A stretch of 64,000 bases of DNA from Dehalococcoidia bacterium. GTDB taxonomy: Bacteria; Chloroflexota; Dehalococcoidia; UBA2979. The notes below the pieces were generated by a model. The model made no database searches. It was given only the letters and a program-made list of their open reading frames with translations, and was not told the DNA's origin. A program made the position numbers and the translations under genes. The DNA is taken from NCBI GenBank assembly GCA_965262725.1, contig OZ253555.1, forward strand, positions 2,624,001-2,688,000, read 5' to 3'. Positions 38,172 through 48,503 of the stretch are shown one piece after another. The stretch's first letter is position 1. Every line of letters starts with the position of its first letter.

Positions 38172-38954
38172 ATGACCACGGAGCAAGCGGCGAGCGCGGC
38201 CCCCGCGGTGGCGACGAGCACGTCCGATGACATGATCGTCGTCGAGAACGTCAACAAGTGGTTTGGCGACTTCCAGGCGCTCTATGACGTCTCGCTCACC
38301 ATCAGGGAGCATGAGATCGTCGTCGTCCTGGGTCCGTCCGGTTCGGGCAAGTCGACCTTCATCCGTTGCCTCAACCGCCTCGAGGAGCATGACTCCGGGC
38401 GCATCCTCGTCGACGGCATCGAGCTCAACGACGACGTGCGGAACCTGAACGCCATCCGCTCCGAGGTCGGCATGGTCTTCCAGCAGTTCAACCTGTTCCC
38501 GCACCTCACGGTGAGGCACAACATCACGCTCGGGCCGCAGAAGGTCCGGCGCATGTCGCGGCGGGAAGCCGACGAGCTCGCGATGCAACTCCTCGAGCGC
38601 GTCGGGATCCCCGAGCAGGCCGACAAGTACCCGGCGCAGCTCTCCGGCGGGCAGCAGCAGCGCGTGGCGATCGCGCGCGCGCTAGCGATGCAACCGAAGA
38701 TCATGCTGTTCGACGAGCCGACGTCGGCCCTCGACCCCGAGATGATCAAGGAAGTCCTGGACGTGATGCGAGAACTCGCGGAGTCCGGGATGACGATGAT
38801 CGTGGTGACCCACGAGATGGGCTTCGCCCGGGAGGTCGCGGACCGCCTCGTCTTCTTCGACGAGGGGGCGGTGGTCGAACAGGGGACGCCGACGCACTTC
38901 TTCGAGAATCCCCAGGAAGAACGTACGAAGCTGTTCCTCTCCCAGATTCTCTGA
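38172..38954 (+). CDS. aapP: Amino acid ABC transporter ATP-binding protein (AapP/BztD-like)
   Basis: [27 protein letters not shown]. Confidence 0.93.
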   Translation: MTTEQAASAAPAVATSTSDDMIVVENVNKWFGDFQALYDVSLTIREHEIVVVLGPSGSGKSTFIRCLNRLEEHDSGRILVDGIELNDDVRNLNAIRSEVGMVFQQFNLFPHLTVRHNITLGPQKVRRMSRREADELAMQLLERVGIPEQADKYPAQLSGGQQQRVAIARALAMQPKIMLFDEPTSALDPEMIKEVLDVMRELAESGMTMIVVTHEMGFAREVADRLVFFDEGAVVEQGTPTHFFENPQEERTKLFLSQIL

Positions 38955-39159
38955 GCCGGCGCCGCTGGCCGCCCGCACTCGCGTCGCGGCAGGCCCCGTG
39001 GCGCGGCCGCCCGGGCGCTCGCGCGAGCCGGCATTCCGCCACCTGCCGGGCGCCGTCCGGGTGGTAAGATCGGCACGCTCTCGCCGGCGCGCGTCGACCG
39101 CTGCGCGCCACGCGTGTATCTGGCGACGGGTGTCGTCAGCGAGCGCGACCACGACCCGG

Positions 39160-39233
39160 GGCCACGTAGCCAAGTGGCAAGGCAGGGGTCTGCAAAACCC
39201 TTATCGCGGGTTCGATTCCCGCCGTGGCCTCCA
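39160..39233 (+). tRNA. tRNA-Cys(GCA)
   Basis: GGCCACG...GGGGT CTGCAAA ACCCT...GGTTCGATTCC...CGTGGCCTCCA. Confidence 0.97.
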
Positions 39234-39469
39234 AGTCGAACCCGGAATGGGCCCCCGACACGATCAGTAGCCTGCGCACTTGGCACCCGATAGCACCACG
39301 AATCGGACCAGAACGGGTGGGCTCGTGCGCGTCCGCGGCACCGTCTCGCGGTGGAGTTCGCCTCGTATTCGGCCGGCGGCACGCACTAGATCGTGCTGAA
39401 GAGCGCCGGTGTCTGTATCAGCCGGACACACGTCAGGGCCTCCGGCAGCGGCTTCGGTCGACGCCGCGA

Positions 39470-39796
39470 CTACCCCGCCGGCGAGGCCGCGGTCGACTTC
39501 CAGTTCCACGCGTCGGCCTCCTCCCGGTGGAGGAGGCCGACCGGGATGGCGGGGAGCGTCGTGATGTGGGCGCCGGCCCGGACACCGAGCTCGAGCGAGA
39601 AGCTCGCGGCGGACTCATTATCGGGCGCCTCGAGGATGCTGACGAAGTCGAACGCTCCCAGTACGGCGTAGAGACCCAGGCACTGCACCCCGGAGACCTC
39701 AGTTGCGTTCTCGGCGCGCAGGAGGCTGTCGGGATCCTCGAGCATCTTCTCCCGGCCGTCGGTGTTGAGCGTCAGCAGCAGAATGTAGGTGGACAT
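39470..39796 (-). CDS. GYD domain-containing protein
   Basis: MSTYILLL...YAVLGAFDFVSILEAPD...TTLPA; GGAGG RBS. Confidence 0.8.
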   Translation of the reverse strand: MSTYILLLTLNTDGREKMLEDPDSLLRAENATEVSGVQCLGLYAVLGAFDFVSILEAPDNESAASFSLELGVRAGAHITTLPAIPVGLLHREEADAWNWKSTAASPAG

Positions 39797-39915
39797 GGTC
39801 GCCTCCCGGAGCATGAGTCACGATCTCGGCCACGGCATGATGGCACGTCCGTCGGGGCGGCGGGGTCGGGCGACATCCCCGCCGGGCGCACGGGAGCACC
39901 CCGCCGGAGCAGGCG

Positions 39916-40764
39916 CTACCGGGAGAGGGGCGAGGGCGGCGGCGGCGTCCCGGTCGCCTCCTTTTGGAGCGCTATCAGGGACGACCACAGCTCGGCGTAG
40001 CGGATCCCCTCCTCCGTCTCTTGCTGGGCCGCCGCACCGACGACCGCCTTCGAAGCGGCGATGGCGAACGGCGACATAGCGGCGATCTCGCGCCCCATCT
40101 CCCTCGCGCGCTCAAGCAGCTCCCCGGAGGGGTGCACCGCGTTGGCGAGCCCGATGCGCACGGCCTCCTCCGCGCCGACGGGACGACCCGTCCAGAGCAT
40201 CTCCTTGGCGCGTGCCGCACCGACCAGCTTAGGCAGCCGGGTGGTGACGCCGGCTCCCCCGATCGCCGCCAGGTTCTTCGTGTGCCAGTCGGAGATCTGC
40301 GCCGCCTCACCAACCAGCCTCAGGTCGCAGGCGAGGATCAACTCGAGCCCGCCGGTCGTGCAGATCCCGTCGACGACGGCGATCGAGGGCGTCGACATCC
40401 GCTCCAGGTATCCGAAGACGCTGTTGAAGCGGGACTGATACTCCGGGCCGATGCCCTGTGCCATCTCGCGCGCCGCCACGAGCGTGTGCGCCAGCGGCTC
40501 GCCCGGCGGCGACGCGGACGGCCCGCCCGACGCCTTGATATCGGCCCCCGCCGAGAAGTTGGGTCGGCCGGAGCCCCGCGGAGCGCCGGTGATGAGCACC
40601 ACGCGCGTCTGCAGGTCCGCCTCGGCCTCGCGGAGGGCAGCCTCAAGCTCCTCCAGGAGCACAGGGGACATCGCGTTGAGCACCTCGGGCCGGTTCAGCG
40701 TCAGCGTGAGTATCGGTGGCTCGCGCTCCACGAGGATCGTCGACGGGGTGGTGTCCGCGGACAT
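39916..40764 (-). CDS. Enoyl-CoA hydratase/isomerase (crotonase) family protein
   Basis: LNRPEVLNA, FSAGADI, GGLELILACD. Confidence 0.9.
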   Translation of the reverse strand: MSADTTPSTILVEREPPILTLTLNRPEVLNAMSPVLLEELEAALREAEADLQTRVVLITGAPRGSGRPNFSAGADIKASGGPSASPPGEPLAHTLVAAREMAQGIGPEYQSRFNSVFGYLERMSTPSIAVVDGICTTGGLELILACDLRLVGEAAQISDWHTKNLAAIGGAGVTTRLPKLVGAARAKEMLWTGRPVGAEEAVRIGLANAVHPSGELLERAREMGREIAAMSPFAIAASKAVVGAAAQQETEEGIRYAELWSSLIALQKEATGTPPPPSPLSR

Positions 40765-40962
40765 CGTGCGCTCCCTTCGCGTCGCCGCGGGCTCCCGCCC
40801 ACCGCGTCCGGTGCGAGCTTAACCCGTCCGCAGCGGAGCGCGTCACATCCACCGCGCATTGCTAGACGGGAGCGCGGCCCCTCCGTAGACTCCGCCGCGG
40901 CGCACACCCGGCGGCGCCACGGAACACGGCGACAGCGGGGCGGCCGCGCGGGAACGAGCGAG

Positions 40963-42192
40963 ATGACGACGGCACCCGCAGACGGAGCACCCGAGGCCGG
41001 CCCGCTCTCCGGCGTGCGCGTCCTCGATCTCGCGCAGGGGATCGCCGGACCGTACGCCGCGAAGTGGCTCGGTGGCCTCGGCGCCGACGTCATCAAGGTC
41101 GAGCCGCCCTCAGGCGATCCCGCGCGGCACGCCGGGCCCTTCCCGGGCGACGAGAGCGACCCCGAGGCGAGCGGCCTCTACGTCTACCTCAACACGAGCA
41201 AGCGCGGCGTCACGCTCGACCTCGAGGCCAACGGGGGACGCGAGCTGCTGCGAGACTTGGCGGCCACGGCCGACATCGTCATCGAGTCCTTCGTGCCCGG
41301 CTACCTCACCGAGCGCGGCCTCGGCTACGAGGCGCTCCGCGAGCAGAACCCGGGGCTGGTGCTGGTCTCGATCACCCCCTTCGGGCAGGACGGCCCCTAC
41401 GCCGGTATGCCGGCTGACGAGATCACCCTCTACGCGCTCTCCGGCCACATGTGGCTGACCGGCGATCCCAACCAACCGCCTCTGAAGAACGGCGGATCGC
41501 AGCCCTCCTACCAGGCGGGGCTGAACGCGCTCGCGGCGGCGATCATTGCCTACTTCGGCGCGTTGATGCACGGCGAGGGGACACACATCGACCTCTCCGC
41601 GCAGGAGACGCTCGCCGGCATGCTGGAGCTCTACGGTCCGTTCGCGTCGCAGGCGGGGATCCGGCCCAGGCGGCGAGGCAACACGGTCAGCGCCATCTAC
41701 GGGACGTATCAGTGCGCGGACGGCTACGCCGGCGTCTACTGCCTCCCCCGCAACTACGCGAACATGGCGGACGCCGTCGGGATCCCCGAGCTGCTGCAAC
41801 CGCCGTTCATCGATGCCGACGAGCGACTGCGCTCCAACGACGTGCTGGAGGCGCTCCTCTCCGGGTGGTTCTTCGAGCACTCCGGCAAGGAGATCTTCGA
41901 GCTGGGGAAGTCGCACCGCTTCCCGGCGGGCTACGTCGCGACGGTTGAGGATCTTCTTGAGTCGGAGCAGCTGCGCGAGCGCCGCTTCTTCGCCGAGGAC
42001 GAGCACCCGCGCGCCGGCCATGTCCGCTTCCCTGGACACCTCTGGCTCTCCTCGGAGCACGGCTGGCGCACCCAGCGCGCGCCCACGCTCGGCCAGCACA
42101 CCGACGAGGTTCTCGGCGAGCTCGGGATCTCCAACGAGCGCCGCGAGCAGCTGCGCACCGCCGGGGCCCTGGGCGGGGGGAGCGAGTCATGA
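40963..42192 (+). CDS. Family III CoA transferase (CaiB/BaiF), subunit 1
   Basis: GVRVLDL, LGADVIKVE, NTSKRG, APTLGQHT. Confidence 0.92.
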   Translation: MTTAPADGAPEAGPLSGVRVLDLAQGIAGPYAAKWLGGLGADVIKVEPPSGDPARHAGPFPGDESDPEASGLYVYLNTSKRGVTLDLEANGGRELLRDLAATADIVIESFVPGYLTERGLGYEALREQNPGLVLVSITPFGQDGPYAGMPADEITLYALSGHMWLTGDPNQPPLKNGGSQPSYQAGLNALAAAIIAYFGALMHGEGTHIDLSAQETLAGMLELYGPFASQAGIRPRRRGNTVSAIYGTYQCADGYAGVYCLPRNYANMADAVGIPELLQPPFIDADERLRSNDVLEALLSGWFFEHSGKEIFELGKSHRFPAGYVATVEDLLESEQLRERRFFAEDEHPRAGHVRFPGHLWLSSEHGWRTQRAPTLGQHTDEVLGELGISNERREQLRTAGALGGGSES

Positions 42193-43466
42193 GTCCCGCC
42201 AGACGGCCGCTCGACGGCATCCGCATCGCCGACCTCACCGCGATGTGGGCTGGTCCCTACGCGACGATGGTGCTCGCCGACTTCGGCGCCGATGTCATCA
42301 AGGTGGAGGCTCCGCGCGCCTGGGACAATTTGCGCACGCTGATCCGGCCTCCCCTCGCGCTGGGCGAGCACTGGTGGAACTCCAACGCCTACTTCCAGGA
42401 ATACAACCGCAACAAGCGCTCGCTAACCCTCGACCTGACGAACGAGCGAGGCAAGGAGCTGTTCGGCCGGCTCGTCGCGCAGAGCGACGTCGTCATCGAG
42501 AACTTCCGGGCCGACGTCATGGACCGGCTCGGCATCGGCCCCGACTGGCTTCGCGAGCAGTGCGAGGACATCATCGTGGTCGGGATGGCGAGCTTCGGGA
42601 AGACCGGTCCCGACGCGAGCGCCATGGCCTACGGCCCCGTCGTCGAGCAGCTCTCGGGACTCGCATCGCTCACCGGCTACGGCGACGGCATCCCGTTCAA
42701 GACTGGCGTCTCCTACGGCGATCCGGTCGCCGGTGTCGCGGCGGCCGCCGCCGTCGTCACGGCACTGATCCAGCGCCGGCGCACCGGCCGCGGGCAGGTC
42801 ATCGATCTCGCGCAGCGCGAGCCTATGACGACGCTGATCGGCGAGGCCTTCATGGAGTGGGCGATGAACGGGCGCCTCGTGCCGCACCGCGGAAACGAGA
42901 GCGAGAGCATGGCACCCCACAACGCCTACGCGTGCGCGGGCGAAGACGAGTGGATCGCCATCGCCGTGCGGAGCGACAAGGAATGGACGGGTCTGCGTTC
43001 CGCGATGGGCGACCCGGAGGAGGCCAGAGACGACCGCTTCGCCGCGGCGGCCTCTCGCCCCGAGCACCGCGAGGACCTCGATCGCATCGTCGGGGCGTGG
43101 ACCGCGACGCTCAGCAAGCAGGAGGCCTTCGAGCGCTGCCACCAGCACGGCGTGCCCGCGGGGCCCGTGTGGACGGTGCCCGAGCTGCTCGGTGACCCGC
43201 ACCTCGCCGAGCGGGGTTACTACGAAGACGCCGAGCACCCCGAGGTGGGCACGTGGGCGATGCACGGCTGGCTCTGGCGCACCGCCGGCGCCGGCCCGTG
43301 CATCCTGGCTCCGGCGCCCGACCTCGGCAGCGACAACCGCGAGATCCTCGGCGGCCTGCTGGGCGTCAGCGCCGAGGAGATAGACGCCCTCGAAGCGATC
43401 GGCGTGATCGGCGACACGCCGATCGGCGAGCGCCCCCGATCCGAGATCGTCGGCTCCCGGAGATAG
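42189..43466 (+). CDS. Family III CoA transferase (CaiB/BaiF), subunit 2
   Basis: GADVIKVE, NRNKRS, YGDPVAG, RRTGRGQ. Confidence 0.93.
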   Translation: MSPARRPLDGIRIADLTAMWAGPYATMVLADFGADVIKVEAPRAWDNLRTLIRPPLALGEHWWNSNAYFQEYNRNKRSLTLDLTNERGKELFGRLVAQSDVVIENFRADVMDRLGIGPDWLREQCEDIIVVGMASFGKTGPDASAMAYGPVVEQLSGLASLTGYGDGIPFKTGVSYGDPVAGVAAAAAVVTALIQRRRTGRGQVIDLAQREPMTTLIGEAFMEWAMNGRLVPHRGNESESMAPHNAYACAGEDEWIAIAVRSDKEWTGLRSAMGDPEEARDDRFAAAASRPEHREDLDRIVGAWTATLSKQEAFERCHQHGVPAGPVWTVPELLGDPHLAERGYYEDAEHPEVGTWAMHGWLWRTAGAGPCILAPAPDLGSDNREILGGLLGVSAEEIDALEAIGVIGDTPIGERPRSEIVGSRR

Positions 43467-43476
43467 GCGGCCAGCC

Positions 43477-45012
43477 GTGACCGCAGGCGACGCCGCCCGC
43501 TCGGCCGCGGGGGGGCCGAGCGTCCCGTCCCTCGAATGGCTCTTTCACCCGCGCTCGATCGCCGTGGTCGGCGTCCCCTCCGGCGACCCGCGGGGCGGCA
43601 ACTTCCTCCGAGCGCTCCGTGCTCTCGGCTACGACCGTGAGCGCGCGCTCTACCCGGTGAACCCGAGGCTCCGCGAGGCGGCCGGGATCCGCTGCTACCC
43701 CTCCCTCCTCGACTGCCCCGGACCCGTTGATCACGTCATCTCCCGCGTGCCGGCGGCGGCGGTCCCGGAGCTCGTCGAACACTGCGTTGCGCGGGGAGTG
43801 CGCTCGCTCCAGCTTTTCACGGCCGGCTTCTCCGAGACCGGCGACCCGGGCCGTGCCGGGATCGAGGAGCGCGCCGTCGCGCGCGCACTCGGAGCCGGCA
43901 TTCGCGTGATCGGCCCGAACTGCATGGGCCTCTACGTCCCCGACGAGCGGATCGCCTTCACCGGCAGCCCGCCGGTCGACTCGGGAAACGTCTTCCTGCT
44001 GTCGCAGTCCGGCGTGCACGCGGCCGACCTGATCTTCCGCCTGGCCGCCGTGGGGATGCGGTTCTCCAAGGTCGTCTCGTACGGGAACGGAGCCGATCTC
44101 GCGGCCCACGACTTCATGGACTATGCCGCCGACGACGCTCAGACAGCGGTCGTCGGCGCCTACATCGAGGGCGTGCCGGACGGGCCGGCCTTCGCCCGAG
44201 CACTCCGGCGCTGCGCGGCGACGAAGCCGACCGTGATCCTCAAGGCCGGGACCTCCGATGCCGGCGCACGGGCGGTTCGCTCGCACACGGGGTCGCTCGC
44301 CGGATCCGGGAGGGTCTTCGAGGCGCTCTGCCGCCAGGCGGGGGCCCAGCTCGTCGGAAACATGGCGGAGCTGCGCGAGACGCTCATCGCGCTGACGAGC
44401 TCCGCGGGGCGCGTGGCGGGGCCGCGCATCGCGATGCTGAGCTCGGGTGGCGGGGTCGGGGTTCTGGCCACGGACGCCTTCGCGCGCGCCGGTCTCGACG
44501 TGCCGGAACTGCCGCCACAGACCCGCGAGGAGCTCGCGGCCTTTATTCCCGTCGCAGGGACCAGTGCCCGCAATCCCATCGACGCGGAAGCCTTCGGCGG
44601 CCGGGGTCTCGGCCACGGAGACCGCGAGCGGCGGCGAGGGATCCTGAGCGCCGTTGCCCGCTCGGGCGTCGCCGACGCGATTGTCGTCTCGCCCGGGATC
44701 GTCCAGGGCGCGCACGGGAGCCGCGTTCCCTGGAACGACGAGGCGCCCGCCGCCTCCTCGCTCGACGAGGCGAGCTCGGAGGCGAGGGAGCTCGCCTCCG
44801 AGCTCACCGTGGCGCAGGAGGAGGCTGGCTGCCCGCTTCTCTACGTCGGGCGCGCCCGGGTCTGGGGAGATCTCGGCCGCGACCTCGAGGTGGAGCGGGC
44901 GCTCTACAGCTCCGGAATCGCGAGCTACGACTCTATCGAGAGCGCCGCCTCAACCCTCAGGCGCATGCTCGACTGGCGATGCCGGCGCGAGGGGCTGCCG
45001 GTGATCTTCTAG
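43477..45012 (+). CDS. CoA-binding acyl-CoA synthetase (NDP-forming) alpha-like protein
   Basis: PRSIAVVG, GPNCMG, SQSG, YIEG, SHTGSLAG, NPID; no ATP-grasp. Confidence 0.85.
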   Translation: MTAGDAARSAAGGPSVPSLEWLFHPRSIAVVGVPSGDPRGGNFLRALRALGYDRERALYPVNPRLREAAGIRCYPSLLDCPGPVDHVISRVPAAAVPELVEHCVARGVRSLQLFTAGFSETGDPGRAGIEERAVARALGAGIRVIGPNCMGLYVPDERIAFTGSPPVDSGNVFLLSQSGVHAADLIFRLAAVGMRFSKVVSYGNGADLAAHDFMDYAADDAQTAVVGAYIEGVPDGPAFARALRRCAATKPTVILKAGTSDAGARAVRSHTGSLAGSGRVFEALCRQAGAQLVGNMAELRETLIALTSSAGRVAGPRIAMLSSGGGVGVLATDAFARAGLDVPELPPQTREELAAFIPVAGTSARNPIDAEAFGGRGLGHGDRERRRGILSAVARSGVADAIVVSPGIVQGAHGSRVPWNDEAPAASSLDEASSEARELASELTVAQEEAGCPLLYVGRARVWGDLGRDLEVERALYSSGIASYDSIESAASTLRRMLDWRCRREGLPVIF

Positions 45013-45054
45013 CGCGCGGGCTTGCGCAGCCCGCAGCCCGCGCGCATCCGGTCC

Positions 45055-46245
45055 CTAGACAGCCTCGAAGAGCGACGCGAAGCCCTGTCCGCCGCCCACG
45101 CACATCGTCACGACGCCGTAGCGCCCGCCCCGGCGTCCGAGCTCGCGCAGGAGGTGGCCGACCTGCCGCGAGCCCGTCACCCCGTAGGGATGCCCTATCG
45201 AGATCGCCCCGCCGTTCACGTTCAGCGACTCGTCCGGGATGTCGAGCATCTTCTGCACCTGCACCACCTGCACGGCGAAGGCCTCGTTCAGCTCCCACAG
45301 ATCGATGTCGCCCGGGGAGACGCCGCTCCTCTCGAGCAGGCGCGGGGCCGCCTTCGCGGGGCCGATGCCCATCTCGTCGGGATCGACCCCGGCGATGGAA
45401 GTGCCGCGGTAGATTCCCATAGGCTCCAGGCCCAGCTGCGCCGCGCGCTCCGCCGACATCACCAGGGTCGCCGAGGCGCCGTCGGAGAACTGGGAGGAAT
45501 TCCCCGCCGTCACCGAGCCGGAGCCGTCCCGGGTAAAGACCGAGGGGAGGTTCGCCAGCGCCTCTATCGTCGTGTCGGGGCGGTTGCACTCGTCGCGCTC
45601 GAGCACCGCCTCCTCCTCGTACGGCTCGCCGTCCCTCGGGCTGACCCGCCGCACGGTGGAGACGGGGACGATCTCGTGGGCGAAGATCCCCTCCCGCTGC
45701 GCCCGGGCGGTGCGTTGCTGGCTGCGCAGCGCATAGGAGTCCTGCTCCTCGCGGCTCACGCCGTAGCGTTCGGCCACGACCTCGGCCGTCCGCCCCATGA
45801 CCCAGTAGACGGCCGGCCAGTCGGCGCGCACCTTCGGGTTCACGAGGTGATTCATATTGCGACTGCCGTCATCGATCATCGAAATCGTCTCGACGCCGCC
45901 GGCCACCACGATGTCGAGCCCGTCCTGGATCACCTGGTTCGCCGCCGTCGCCACCGCCTGCGCCCCGGAGGCGCAGAACCGGTTGATGGTCTGGCCGGGC
46001 ACCGACGTCGGCAGCCCCGCGAGCACGCCCGCGATCCTCGCGACGTTGAGACCCTGCGCCCCCTCCGGGAAGCCGCAACCGATCGTGACGTCCTGCACCT
46101 CGGCCTTGTCGAGCTCGGGGTGGCGCGTGAAGAGCTCGTCGATGACCTGGGCGAGCAGGTCATCGGGGCGCGTGATGTTCAGTGAGCCCCGGAACGACTT
46201 CCCCAGCGGCGTCCGGACGCTGTCGACGATCACAGCCTCGCGCAT
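45055..46245 (-). CDS. Acetyl-CoA C-acyltransferase (thiolase)
   Basis: NRFCASG, NEAFA, GHPYG, MCVGGG. Confidence 0.95.
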   Translation of the reverse strand: MREAVIVDSVRTPLGKSFRGSLNITRPDDLLAQVIDELFTRHPELDKAEVQDVTIGCGFPEGAQGLNVARIAGVLAGLPTSVPGQTINRFCASGAQAVATAANQVIQDGLDIVVAGGVETISMIDDGSRNMNHLVNPKVRADWPAVYWVMGRTAEVVAERYGVSREEQDSYALRSQQRTARAQREGIFAHEIVPVSTVRRVSPRDGEPYEEEAVLERDECNRPDTTIEALANLPSVFTRDGSGSVTAGNSSQFSDGASATLVMSAERAAQLGLEPMGIYRGTSIAGVDPDEMGIGPAKAAPRLLERSGVSPGDIDLWELNEAFAVQVVQVQKMLDIPDESLNVNGGAISIGHPYGVTGSRQVGHLLRELGRRGGRYGVVTMCVGGGQGFASLFEAV

Positions 46246-46351
46246 CTCGACTCCCCTCGTGACCTCACCTGGTGGCGACTCTCGCCTGAACGGCGTCCCG
46301 ATCATACTGTCGGCTGCGTAGGCGGGGGACCAGAGGAAACGGAGTCAGACG

Positions 46352-47152
46352 ATGACGGAGAACGGGACGCCGGGATACGAGACGATCGTCGTCGAGGAGC
46401 GAGAGCGCACGCTCTGGGTCGGCATGAACCGCCCAGAGGTCCTGAACGCGACGAACCAGACCATGCTCGATGAGCTCCACGACGCCTTCACCCGCCTCGA
46501 TGAGGATCCCGGTATCGGCGTCGGCGTGCTCTACGGCATCGGTCGCGCCTTCTCGGCCGGCGGCGACATCCGCGCGATGATGGCTCTCAACGAGCAGACC
46601 GGGCACGTCTGGAACAACAAGATGCGCCGTCTCTGCATGCAGCTGCGCAACTGCGGAAAGCCGACCGTCGCCATGGTGCGCGGCTGGTGCATCGGGGGAG
46701 GCAACGAGTTCCAGCTCTACTGCGACCTCGTGGTCGCGAGCGAGAACGCGGTGTTTGGACAGTCCGGCGCGCGGGTCGGCGCGCTCCCCGTCGTCGGTGC
46801 CACGCAGTACCTGCCACTGCTGATGGGGGACCGCCGCGCGCGCGAGATGCTCTTCCTCGCTCGCCGTTACGGCGCCGCCGAGGCGAAGCAGGTGGGCCTC
46901 ATCAACGAGGTCGTGCCCGACGACCAGCTCGAGCGGACCACCGAGGAGTGGTGCGCCACCATCAACGGCCACGCACCGCTCACGCTCCGCTTCCTCAAGA
47001 CCAGCCTGAACTACCTCGGCGATCTCCACTACCCCTCGTGGATCCACGGGAGCGAGCTCCTGAACGCTGTCTGGAACCGCGAGCAGTCCACGGAGGGTAT
47101 GAGCGCCTTCCTGGAGAACCGCGACCCGGACTACACACGCTTCGACCGCTGA
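46352..47152 (+). CDS. Crotonase-family enzyme (MenB/BadI-like)
   Basis: NRPEVLNA, FSAGGD, IGGGNE, FGQSGARVG, EGMSAFLE. Confidence 0.88.
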   Translation: MTENGTPGYETIVVEERERTLWVGMNRPEVLNATNQTMLDELHDAFTRLDEDPGIGVGVLYGIGRAFSAGGDIRAMMALNEQTGHVWNNKMRRLCMQLRNCGKPTVAMVRGWCIGGGNEFQLYCDLVVASENAVFGQSGARVGALPVVGATQYLPLLMGDRRAREMLFLARRYGAAEAKQVGLINEVVPDDQLERTTEEWCATINGHAPLTLRFLKTSLNYLGDLHYPSWIHGSELLNAVWNREQSTEGMSAFLENRDPDYTRFDR

Positions 47153-47173
47153 GCCGGTCGCGCCGCGCCCGGG

Positions 47174-47500
47174 CTAGTCGGACCGGGCGGCGAGGCGAAC
47201 CGCCGTGCCGTAGACGAGGATCTCGGCGGCTCCCTGCGCGACCGAGGACGTCGTCATCCTCAGGGCGACGATGGCGTCGGCGCCGCGGCCCGCGGCCTCC
47301 TGCTCGATCTCGGCCAGCGCCTGCTCGCGCGACTCGAGCAGCAGCTGCCGGTATGCGCCGATCTCGCCGCCCACGATGTTCTTGAGCGCCGCGAGGATGT
47401 CGCGCCCGATGTGCCGCGCCCGGACGGTGTTCGCCTGCACCAGCCCCAGCGACTCCTCGATCTCGCGACCCGGCACCGTGTCGGACGTCACCACAATCAT
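47174..47500 (-). CDS. YbjQ (UPF0145) family protein
   Basis: KNIVGGEI, GADAIV, EILVYGTAV. Confidence 0.92.
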   Translation of the reverse strand: MIVVTSDTVPGREIEESLGLVQANTVRARHIGRDILAALKNIVGGEIGAYRQLLLESREQALAEIEQEAAGRGADAIVALRMTTSSVAQGAAEILVYGTAVRLAARSD

Positions 47501-47625
47501 CGCACTCCCCTTCAGCACCCCAGCGCCGCGCCGGGACGACACCTACGGTACGCCGAGGGGGACGCACGCACATGTCCGAGCGCCAGGCGTGGGCGCCTCC
47601 GTGCGCGCCCGGCTACGATGGGCCG

Positions 47626-47838
47626 ATGAGCGTGCTCGAGCGCTGCGCCTTTTGCCAGAACCGCCCCCGCGAGGAGTCGGCCGTGCTGCGGTGGGTGGGG
47701 CCGGCCGACCGCGCGGGCGCGGAAGAGGAGGAGCGCGTCACGCTCCCGCTCTGCACGCGCCACCTCGACCGGCTGCGACGCGCCGGCGGCTCCGGGTGGG
47801 AGCACCGCGGACGGCGCCACAAGCTCGGCTGGTGGTAG
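47626..47838 (+). CDS. Small putative zinc-binding protein
   Basis: CAFC...CTRH; TACGAT 6 nt upstream of ATG. Confidence 0.6.
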   Translation: MSVLERCAFCQNRPREESAVLRWVGPADRAGAEEEERVTLPLCTRHLDRLRRAGGSGWEHRGRRHKLGWW

Positions 47839-47854
47839 CGCCGCCGGAACCTCG

Positions 47855-48382
47855 CTAGACGCCGGTCGGCGCGGCGATGCCCGGGAAGTCGGCATACACC
47901 ACCGGACTGCGAGCGCCACTGAAGCCCTCGGCGCGCAGATAGAGCGGTGTGGTCCGGATCAGGTAGGGCACGTAGTCGTCGCCGGGGTTGTTCTCGCCTG
48001 TGTGCGTGACTTCCTCGCGCCAGCGCAGGAAGGGCCGCACCACGTCCTGATCCTCGATCAGCTCCGCGACCCCCTCCACCCAGATCGAGATCGGGTCGTT
48101 GCCGCGGTGCCGCGGGAGCATTCCCGAGAAGAGGTAGCCGACGCGCGGGTCGCGGCGGACGTGCCCGGTCTTGAAGTGAAGATCCTGTGTCACCGTCTGG
48201 ATGTGCCAGCCGTCCACCATGTAGGCGTTGACCGGCCTCACCCGCGGCCGGCCGTCGCGCCGGTAGGTGAGCAGGTACTTCGCCACGTGGGTCCAGTCCG
48301 ACATGAACGCGAGGATCTCATCTCTGTAACGCTCGCCTTCCTCGGCTCTCACCGCCCGCTCGGCGTCGTACTTCTTGCCCAC
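47855..48382 (-). CDS. Pyridoxamine 5'-phosphate oxidase (split-barrel FDOR) family protein
   Basis: TYRRDGRPRVRPV, KTGHVRRDPRV, VEGVAE. Confidence 0.8.
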   Translation of the reverse strand: MGKKYDAERAVRAEEGERYRDEILAFMSDWTHVAKYLLTYRRDGRPRVRPVNAYMVDGWHIQTVTQDLHFKTGHVRRDPRVGYLFSGMLPRHRGNDPISIWVEGVAELIEDQDVVRPFLRWREEVTHTGENNPGDDYVPYLIRTTPLYLRAEGFSGARSPVVYADFPGIAAPTGV

Positions 48383-48503
48383 GGCTCCCCCTCTCGCCCG
48401 CCCCAACGGCCGGGGCCACGATAGCGCGGGCGCACACGCTGCGTAATGGGCCCGGCCGATCGGCAGGGCGAGAGGGGGCGGCCGCCCGCACCGGAACAGG
48501 TTG

